NCBI GenBank assembly: GCA_040755005.1
Contig: JBFMBV010000005.1
Coordinates: forward strand, 26,767-90,766
Length of the DNA: 64,000 bases
Origin: Bacillota bacterium
GTDB taxonomy: Bacteria > Bacillota > Sulfobacillia > JBFMBV01
Direction: 5' to 3'
In this document: in pieces, positions 56,931-64,000 of the stretch
How positions within the stretch are numbered: the stretch's first letter is position 1
Layout of the letters: the number at the start of each line of letters is the position of its first letter
Program-made: the position numbers and the translations under genes
The notes under the pieces: generated by a model
Seen by the model: the letters and a program-made list of their open reading frames with translations, nothing else
Told to the model about the DNA's origin: nothing
Database searches by the model: none

Positions 56931-57658
56931 TTGATGGACGAAGCCGCCTCAAGCGGCTGTCGGAGAGGCTCAAGCTGCAGTACGGGGATCCCGCCTGGCC
57001 GAAGGGTGATACCTTGACTGAGTTGGTCAGGGCGATCCTGTCCCAGTCGACCACTGACCAGTTGCGCGACATCGCCTTGGGCCGGTTGAGGGCACGTTTC
57101 CCTTCCTGGGAGGAGGCGGCCCGGGCGGACACCGCCACCGTCGAAGAGTTGATCCGCCCAGCCGGGCTCTATTCCCAGAAGGCTGCGGCCATCACGGCGG
57201 CCCTTGCCCAAGTGCAGCGGGACTGGGGGCGCATGAGCCTTGACGGCCTGGCGGCCCTCGGCGACGACGAGGCCATGACCTATCTGACTGCCTTCCCTGG
57301 CGTGGGACCCAAGACCGCTGCCTGCGCCCTCCTGTTTGGCCTGGGCAGGCCGGTGTTCCCGGTGGACACCCACGTGCACCGGCTGGCCGACCGGCTGGGC
57401 CTCTCAGCCGCAGCCACCCCCGCCCGCGTCCAGGGCGACCTGCAGGTCCGCATCCCTCCTGAAGAGGTCTACCCGCTCCACATCAACCTGGTCAGGCACG
57501 GCCGGGAGGTCTGCCGTCCGGTTCCACGCTGTGACGAGTGCTTCCTGGCTGCGGAGTGCCGCCACGCGGCACCGGGTCAAGATCAGGTCTCCCGGCCATC
57601 TGCCAGCCGCAGGCAGGGCACGGCCAGTCGTCGGCCCGCCACTGAGCCGAATAGCTGA
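56927..57658 (+). CDS. endonuclease III-like HhH-GPD DNA glycosylase with Fe-S cluster
   Basis: FPGVGPKTAACALLFGLGRPVFPVDTHVHRL and C-x6-C-x2-C-x5-C (CRPVPRCDECFLAAEC). The GTG overlaps the murD stop. Confidence 0.8.
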   Translation: MIDGRSRLKRLSERLKLQYGDPAWPKGDTLTELVRAILSQSTTDQLRDIALGRLRARFPSWEEAARADTATVEELIRPAGLYSQKAAAITAALAQVQRDWGRMSLDGLAALGDDEAMTYLTAFPGVGPKTAACALLFGLGRPVFPVDTHVHRLADRLGLSAAATPARVQGDLQVRIPPEEVYPLHINLVRHGREVCRPVPRCDECFLAAECRHAAPGQDQVSRPSASRRQGTASRRPATEPNS

Positions 57659-57774
57659 GTTGCTGGCACGCAGGACACTGTTTCCAGGGCACGGCCCATC
57701 GCCCCTCGCTCGGTCTGGGTGTTCTTACAGTATGCAGGGGGCGCTTGGGACATGTCCGCAGGGGAGGTTGACCG

Positions 57775-60700
57775 TTGGCTGGCTTCGTCCACCTCCATAA
57801 TCACAGCGAGTACAGCCTGCTCGACGGCCTCTCCCGCCTGGACGACCTGGCGCGCAAGGCCCAAGAGTTCGGCATGCCCGCCGTCGCCCTCACCGACCAC
57901 GGCGTCCTCTACGGGGCCGTGGATTTTTACCGGGCCTGTGAGGCCCGCGGGGTCAACCCAATCATCGGCTGTGAGGTGTACACGGCGGCGCGCGGCCGCA
58001 CCCACAAGCAGCCCGGCGTGGACGACGCCGCCCATCATCTGGTGCTGCTTGCCGCTAACGCCACCGGTTACCGCAACCTGGTTAAGCTGGTATCCCTAGG
58101 CCACCTGGAGGGCTTCTACTACAAGCCGCGGGTGGACACCGAACTGCTCGCTGCCCACGCGGAGGGGCTCATCGCCTTAAGCGGCTGCCTGTCCGGAGAG
58201 ATCCCCAGGCTGCTGCTGGCCGGGCGGGCCGATCAGGCGAGGAAGCTCGCCGGGACTTACAGGGACATCTTCGGATCCGATGGCTTCTTGCTCGAGCTGC
58301 AGGACCACTACCTCGGCGAGGAACGCCACGCCAACGCCGCCCTGCTCGAACTGGCCCACGCGCTGGGCTTGGGCGTGGTGGCCACCAACGACTCCCACTA
58401 TCTCACCCGGGCCGACGCCGAGGCCCATGATGTGCTCCTGTGCATCCAGACCCTGAAGACCATCGCCGACAAGGACCGGCTCACCTTCCCCAACGATGAG
58501 TTCTACTTCAAACCCCCCGGCGAAATGGAGGCCCTGTTCAGCGAAGTCCCTGAGGCCCTCAGCAACACCCTGGCCATCGCCGAACGGTGCTCCTTCGAGT
58601 TCCAGTTCGGTGGCCACCACCTCCCGCAGTGGGACGCGCCCGGAGGGGAGGCCCCCGAGCAGCACCTGCGGCGGCGATGTGCGGCGGGCCTGGTGGAGCG
58701 GTATGGACCCGAGCCCGGGCCGGAACGAAGCGAGCGCCTGGAGCGGGAGCTCGGGCTGATCTGCAGGATGGGGTTTGCCGGCTACTTCCTGGTGGTGGCC
58801 GACTTCGTTGACTTCGCCCGCTCCCGCGGCATCCCCGTGGGTCCTGGGCGGGGTAGCGGCCCCGGCTGCCTCGTCGCGTACGTGCTCGGGATCACCGGGG
58901 TCGACCCCATCCAGCATGGGCTCTTATTCGACCGGTTCCTCAACCCTGAGCGGCTGGACATGCCCGACCTGGATATCGACTTTTGCTGGCTGCGCCGGGG
59001 CGAAGTCATCGACTATGTGGCGCAGAAGTACGGGACCGACCGGGTCGCGCAGATCATCAGCTTCGGGACGATGGCGCCCCGGGCGGCGATCAGGGACGTC
59101 GGGCGGGCCCTCAACCTCACTTACGCGGACGTGGACCGCATCGCCAAGCTGGTCCCGTTCCAGTTGGGCGGTACCCTCGACAAAGCCTTGGAATCGGGGC
59201 GCGAATTGCGCGAGCTGTATGAGTCCAACGGCGATGTGCGGCGGGTAGTGGACATGGCCCGCAAACTCGAAGGCCTGGCCAGGCACGCCTCGATGCATGC
59301 GGCCGGGGTAGTCATCGCCCACGAGCCGCTCATCGACCATGTGCCCCTGCAGCGGACACCAGAAGGGCACGTCATCACCCAGTTCCCCCACGAGACCCTG
59401 AAGGACCTGGGATTGATGAAGATGGACTTCCTGGGCCTGCGCACATTGACGGTGCTGGCTGACTGTCTCCGCCTGCTCAAGGCCCAGGGGCGCCCTGTGG
59501 ATGTAGACGCCATCCCCCACGATGACCGGTCGGTCTACGAGCTGTTGTCCTCCGGTGAGACCTGCGGGGTGTTCCAGCTAGAGTCGGGTGGCATGACGGA
59601 CCTAGTGAAGCGCCTGAGACCCGAGCGTTTCGGTGACCTCGTCGCGCTGCTCGCCCTGTTCAGGCCAGGCCCCTTGGGCAGCGGCATGGTGGAGGAGTTC
59701 GTCGCCCGGCGTCATGGCCAGAAGGTCACCTACCCCCATCCGTCCCTTGAACCCATCTTGGCGGACACCTATGGGGTCATGGTCTACCAGGAGCAGGTCA
59801 TCCGGGCGGCAACTGACCTGGCGGGGTTCACCCCGGGGCGGGCCGACCTACTGCGGCGGGCGATGTCCAAGAAGCAGCCCGAAGTCCTGGCCAGGCAGCG
59901 CGGGGACTTCATCGCGGGCTGCCGCGAGCGGGGCATCCCGTCGGACGTGGCGGGGGCCGTCTTTGACCTCATGGCCCACTTCGCCGGCTATGCCTTCAAC
60001 AAGTCGCATACCACGCCCTACGCCCTCCTGGCCTATCAGACCGCTTACCTCAAGGCCCACTACCCGGTGCAGTATATGGCGGCCCTGCTCAACAGCGTCA
60101 AGGGCACGACGGATCGTGTCGCGGTCTACACTGAGGAGTGCCGGCGCATGGGCATCAAGGTCCTACCCCCGGACATCGGCACCGGCGCGGCGGAGTTCAC
60201 GGTGGCGGGCAGGGAGATCCGCTTCGGCCTGGCAGCCGTCAAGAACGTGGGCGAGGCGGCCGTCCGCTCAATTCTCGAGGCCAGGCAGAAGGGGCCCTTT
60301 GTCTCCCTGCGCGATTTCTGCTCCCGCGTCGATACCAGAACACTCAACCGGAGGGCCATGGAGAGCCTCATCCGGGCCGGGGCCATGGGGTCCTTGGGCC
60401 GACGTTCGCAGCTCCTGGAGATCCTCGACCAGACCCTGGAACTGGTGCAAGGGCTGGCCCGCATGCGCCAGGATGGGCAGGTGTCCTTCTTCGACCTCAC
60501 CGGCCAGGACCCCGGGGCCACCCCCGACGACCTGCCGGACATCGCCGAGTTCCCCGTGGGGATGCTCTTGGCCATGGAGCGGGAGATGCTCGGGTTGTAC
60601 GTCTCGGGCCACCCCCTGGGGGAGCATCAGGCCGAGTTGCGCCGCCTGGCCACGGTGACGGCGGCGGGCCTCAGCGACCTGGCCGACGGCGCCCCGGTGC

Positions 60701-61155
60701 TGATGGGCGGGTTGGTCACCGGGGGTAAACGGGTGACCACGCGCAACGGCGAGCCGATGCTCTTCCTTGAGCTGGAGGACCTGACGGGCACCGTCGAAGT
60801 GGTGGTCTTCCCCAAGGTCTACGAGCGGGCTAGAGCCCACCTGAACAAGGATTGCGTTGTTCTGGTCAAGGGCAGCCTAGACCGCCAGGAAGAGCAGGTG
60901 AAGCTGCTGGCGGAGGACGTGGCTCCCCTCGGCAGGGCCTCCCTCTATGTCATGCTCCTGGACGACGGACGGATGGAGGAATTGCTGGGCATCCTCGGGC
61001 GGCACCCAGGGGCCGATGTGGTCTATGTCAAGCGGGGAGCCGCCAAGTGGCTGGAGCTCAATGCCAGGTACCATGTGCGCATCAGCCCCGAGCTTAGCAC
61101 CGAGTTGGAACAGGCCTTTGGGCCTGAAGCGGTGAGGCTACGCGGGTCGGGCTAG
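57775..61155 (+). CDS. dnaE: DNA polymerase III alpha subunit
   Basis: PHP domain HLHNHSEYSLLDG and full-length DnaE similarity. TTG start 7 nt after GGGGAGG. Confidence 0.95.
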   Translation: MAGFVHLHNHSEYSLLDGLSRLDDLARKAQEFGMPAVALTDHGVLYGAVDFYRACEARGVNPIIGCEVYTAARGRTHKQPGVDDAAHHLVLLAANATGYRNLVKLVSLGHLEGFYYKPRVDTELLAAHAEGLIALSGCLSGEIPRLLLAGRADQARKLAGTYRDIFGSDGFLLELQDHYLGEERHANAALLELAHALGLGVVATNDSHYLTRADAEAHDVLLCIQTLKTIADKDRLTFPNDEFYFKPPGEMEALFSEVPEALSNTLAIAERCSFEFQFGGHHLPQWDAPGGEAPEQHLRRRCAAGLVERYGPEPGPERSERLERELGLICRMGFAGYFLVVADFVDFARSRGIPVGPGRGSGPGCLVAYVLGITGVDPIQHGLLFDRFLNPERLDMPDLDIDFCWLRRGEVIDYVAQKYGTDRVAQIISFGTMAPRAAIRDVGRALNLTYADVDRIAKLVPFQLGGTLDKALESGRELRELYESNGDVRRVVDMARKLEGLARHASMHAAGVVIAHEPLIDHVPLQRTPEGHVITQFPHETLKDLGLMKMDFLGLRTLTVLADCLRLLKAQGRPVDVDAIPHDDRSVYELLSSGETCGVFQLESGGMTDLVKRLRPERFGDLVALLALFRPGPLGSGMVEEFVARRHGQKVTYPHPSLEPILADTYGVMVYQEQVIRAATDLAGFTPGRADLLRRAMSKKQPEVLARQRGDFIAGCRERGIPSDVAGAVFDLMAHFAGYAFNKSHTTPYALLAYQTAYLKAHYPVQYMAALLNSVKGTTDRVAVYTEECRRMGIKVLPPDIGTGAAEFTVAGREIRFGLAAVKNVGEAAVRSILEARQKGPFVSLRDFCSRVDTRTLNRRAMESLIRAGAMGSLGRRSQLLEILDQTLELVQGLARMRQDGQVSFFDLTGQDPGATPDDLPDIAEFPVGMLLAMEREMLGLYVSGHPLGEHQAELRRLATVTAAGLSDLADGAPVLMGGLVTGGKRVTTRNGEPMLFLELEDLTGTVEVVVFPKVYERARAHLNKDCVVLVKGSLDRQEEQVKLLAEDVAPLGRASLYVMLLDDGRMEELLGILGRHPGADVVYVKRGAAKWLELNARYHVRISPELSTELEQAFGPEAVRLRGSG

Positions 61156-61246
61156 CAGGAGGATGAACTGGAGAAACGAAGAATAGCATAAGAGCGCGTC
61201 ACTGCCCAAGGAAGGTTCCACCCGCCACAAGGGAGGCCTGCCACCG

Positions 61247-61447
61247 GTGTGGACAGTGGTCTACATTGCCCCCAATCGGGCCATCGCGCAGATGCTCAAG
61301 GACATCCTCAGTAATGAGGGCGTCCTGGTGGTGCTCCGGACCGCTGGCATCCCCCACTTGGGTGAAGCGGCCCACGTGGAGGTGTTGGTGCCTGAGGGTG
61401 AAGCCCAGGAGGCCCATGACATCTTGTGTGGGGTGCTGGGGAGGTAA
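61247..61447 (+). CDS. small DUF2007-like protein (hypothetical)
   Basis: GTG 10 nt after AAGGGAGG. The 66-aa sequence has a beta-alpha-beta-like pattern. Its end overlaps the listed long pyk ORF but not the chosen pyk start. Confidence 0.45.
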   Translation: MWTVVYIAPNRAIAQMLKDILSNEGVLVVLRTAGIPHLGEAAHVEVLVPEGEAQEAHDILCGVLGR

Positions 61448-61509
61448 CGGGGCGGATTGACGGGCTGGCGGGCGTTGGGCCCGCCAGCCTAATCGCGAAA
61501 GGGGACAAC

Positions 61510-63249
61510 ATGCGCCGCACCAAGATCGTCGCCACCTTGGGCCCAGCCTCAGCCGGCGTTGGGCCCATCAGCGCGCTCATCACCGCTGGGGCGGATGTCT
61601 TCCGCCTGAATCTGTCCCACGGTGGGCTGGAGACCCACCTGTCCTCGCTGGCCGCCATCAGGCAAGCATCTGGATCCTTGCAGGTACGGGTGGCTACCCT
61701 GATCGATCTGCGCGGGCCAGAGGTGCGGCTCGGGCCCTTCGCGGACGGAGGCGTTACCGCCACTCCTGGCGAGGACTGGCGGATAGTGGAGGGCCAGGGC
61801 CCCAGCGCCCATGGGCTGCTGGTCGTCGGGGCCAGGGGAATCCTGGCGAAGCTCGCTTCCGGCCAGGAGGTGCTGGTCGACGACGGCAACGTCCGCCTGG
61901 TGGTCAGGGCAGCGGGGTCCGGTGAGGCCCGCTGTATGGTGGTCGATGGGGGCCACATCGCCGACCGCAAGAAGCTCAACTTCCCCGGGGTTGACCTGGG
62001 GTTGCCGGCCGTGACGGAGCTGGAGGAGGAGCATATCGCCTTCGGCGTCAGGGAGGGCGTCGACTACATCGCCCTATCCTTCGTCAGTGGCCCGGAGGAT
62101 GTCATCCAGGCCCGGAGAGTCCTGGAGAAGTTGGGCGGGGACTGCGGCCTCATCGCCAAGGTCGAGAACGCCCGGGGCGTGGAGCGGGCGGAGCAGATCC
62201 TCAAGGCCGCCGACGGCTTGATGGTAGCCCGGGGGGACCTGGGGGTGGAGATACCGCCGGAAGAGGTCCCCCATGTACAGAAACGCTTGATCAGGCTCTG
62301 CAGGCAGGCAGGCAAGCCGGTCATCACCGCCACCCAGATGCTTGAGTCCATGGTCGTACATGCCAGGCCGACCAGGGCTGAGGCGAGCGATGTGGCCAAC
62401 GCCATCCTGGACGGCACCGATGCGCTGATGCTGTCAGCCGAGACGGCGGTAGGCAAGTATGCGGCGGAAGCTGTCGCGACTATGGCACGTATTGCGGTCC
62501 GGGCGGAACGGGCCCTGGACGCTGAACCCAACGCCTTGGCCCTGGCCACCAACACCGCCACCGGGGCCATCGGCCGGGCCACGGCCACCATCGCCCGGGA
62601 TCTAGGCGCCGCAGCCATCGTGACGGCCACTTCCTCGGGACACACCGCCCGCATGGTGGCGCGGCACCGTCCGGGCGTCCCCGTGATCGCGGCCACGCCT
62701 AGCGAGGCCACAGCCCGCAAGCTCAAGCTGGTGTGGGGCGTCATCCCCCTGACGGTGCCGCCGCACCCTGACACCGACGCCCTCTGTGAGGCCTCGGTGG
62801 ATGCGGCCCACAGGGCGGGACTGCTGCGGGATGGCGACTTGGTGGTGATCACGGCCGGCGTGCCGGCTGGCATCCCCGGCACCACCAATGCCCTCCGTGT
62901 CCATGTGGTCGGGGACTTCGTGCTTAGGGGGACGGGCATCGGCAATCGGGGCGCGACCGGTCCGGCGAGGTTGGTGCGGTCAGCGGCGCAGGCAGCTTCC
63001 ATCGAGGACGGGGACATCGTAATCGCGGAAGGCACCGACGCCGGCTTCCTGCCCGCCCTCAAGCGGGCGGCGGGGCTGGTGGCAGAGGAGGGCGGGCTCA
63101 CATCCCATGCTGCCATCGTGGCGTTGAACCTCGGCCTCCCTGCCGTGATCGGGGCAGAAGGGGCCCTGGGCCTGCTCGCCGGGGGAGAGCTCGTCACCAT
63201 CGACGGCACCCGCGGGCTGGTGTACCGTGGCGAATCCAAGGTGTTGTAG
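61510..63249 (+). CDS. pyk: pyruvate kinase with C-terminal PEP-utilizer mobile domain
   Basis: MRRTKIVATLGPAS, MVARGDLGVEIP, and C-terminal GGLTSHAAIVALNLGLPAV. Confidence 0.95.
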   Translation: MRRTKIVATLGPASAGVGPISALITAGADVFRLNLSHGGLETHLSSLAAIRQASGSLQVRVATLIDLRGPEVRLGPFADGGVTATPGEDWRIVEGQGPSAHGLLVVGARGILAKLASGQEVLVDDGNVRLVVRAAGSGEARCMVVDGGHIADRKKLNFPGVDLGLPAVTELEEEHIAFGVREGVDYIALSFVSGPEDVIQARRVLEKLGGDCGLIAKVENARGVERAEQILKAADGLMVARGDLGVEIPPEEVPHVQKRLIRLCRQAGKPVITATQMLESMVVHARPTRAEASDVANAILDGTDALMLSAETAVGKYAAEAVATMARIAVRAERALDAEPNALALATNTATGAIGRATATIARDLGAAAIVTATSSGHTARMVARHRPGVPVIAATPSEATARKLKLVWGVIPLTVPPHPDTDALCEASVDAAHRAGLLRDGDLVVITAGVPAGIPGTTNALRVHVVGDFVLRGTGIGNRGATGPARLVRSAAQAASIEDGDIVIAEGTDAGFLPALKRAAGLVAEEGGLTSHAAIVALNLGLPAVIGAEGALGLLAGGELVTIDGTRGLVYRGESKVL

Positions 63250-63280
63250 TGTGGCGCCGAAGAAGGGAGACTGAGACCGC

Positions 63281-64000
63281 TTGACCGAACTGCCGGGGGC
63301 CGAGCCCTTCCGTATCAAGATGGTGGAGCCGGTGCGGCTGACGACCCGGGACGAACGGGAAACCCGCATCGCAAAGGCAGGGTACAACCTGTTCTCCCTA
63401 GACTCCCAGGACGTGTATATCGATCTGCTCACCGACAGCGGCACTGGGGCCATGAGCGACAGCCAGTGGGCCGGGCTGATGCTGGGTGACGAGGCGTATG
63501 CGGGCAGCCGGAACTACCACAACCTCGCCGCAGCTGTCCGGGATGTGATGGGTTTCCCCTACGTGCTCCCCACCCACCAGGGGAGGGCGGCGGAGCACCT
63601 CCTGTTCACCACGTTGGTGGGTGATGGGCAGCTGGTACCCAACAACATGCACTTCGACACGACCAAGGCCCATGTGGAACACCGACGGGCGACAGCGCTG
63701 AATTTCGTCACGGTCCGGGGCCTGGACCCCGAGGCGCGAGACCCCTTCAAGGGCAACCTCGACCTGCAGGCCCTGGCCCGATTCCTGGAAGAGGAAGGCA
63801 AGGGTCGCGTGCCCTTGCTCATGGCCACATTGACGTGCAACTCCAACGGGGGCCAACCAGTCTCGCTGGAGAACCTCAGAGGCCTGAGGGCCATCGCCGA
63901 CCGGCATGGCCTCCCTGTGTTCATCGACGCTGCCCGGTTCGCCGAGAACGCCTACTTCATCAGGACGAGGGAGCCTGGGCAGGCCCACCGGAGCGTGGCG
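63281..64000 (+). CDS. beta-eliminating lyase (tryptophanase / tyrosine phenol-lyase family), 3' end outside window
   Basis: Open frame from TTG 63281 to the window end, absent from the ORF track. It reads EPFRIKMVEP...YIDLLTDSGTGAMSDSQWAGLMLGDEAYAGS...PTHQGRAAE... Confidence 0.8.
   Translation, partial: MTELPGAEPFRIKMVEPVRLTTRDERETRIAKAGYNLFSLDSQDVYIDLLTDSGTGAMSDSQWAGLMLGDEAYAGSRNYHNLAAAVRDVMGFPYVLPTHQGRAAEHLLFTTLVGDGQLVPNNMHFDTTKAHVEHRRATALNFVTVRGLDPEARDPFKGNLDLQALARFLEEEGKGRVPLLMATLTCNSNGGQPVSLENLRGLRAIADRHGLPVFIDAARFAENAYFIRTREPGQAHRSVA

Overview
High-GC chromosomal segment (about two-thirds G+C by eye) with Bacillota-type content and synteny: pcrA-ligA, purC / gatCAB, dapB, murB, murD, dnaE then pyk, an alpha/beta SASP, ylbF and ytpB. 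An endospore-forming, high-GC Firmicute-like host is an inference. About 65 protein-coding genes or gene remnants can be supported. I saw no rRNA, tRNA or CRISPR array. RNA and regulatory elements readable from the sequence are a THF riboswitch with an SD-sequestering helix ahead of folT, a near-consensus sigma-54 promoter, several sigma-A-like promoters and six strong hairpin terminators. Most of the window is housekeeping. The exception is about 24.1-34.0 kb, a visibly lower-GC, decayed accessory patch. It holds (i) a RecQ-helicase / ComF-PRTase / DprA-like triad that I recall as the PsyrTA toxin-antitoxin/defence architecture, here 5'-truncated and split by a single in-frame TGA. It also holds (ii) histidine-kinase and ABC-ATPase fragments, and (iii) a four-gene operon of unknown function: an HExxH protein, two tiny membrane proteins and a ParB/Srx-like DGHHR protein sitting behind a 19-nt G-tract. 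Next comes (iv) a DUF362/ferredoxin pair. Last is (v) a yyaL-like thioredoxin-domain gene broken into three pieces by a ~1.76-kb lower-GC insertion carrying a second DUF362 gene and a transposase-like remnant. Other notable points: three translationally coupled TldD/TldE protease pairs, a sensor-less sigma-54 activator facing a lipoprotein flavoenzyme, a divergent ytpB / polyprenyl-synthase pair, and two plausible small ORFs absent from the ORF track. Many long ORFs in the track are antisense artefacts of the high GC content. All family assignments come from motif recognition by eye, not from searches.
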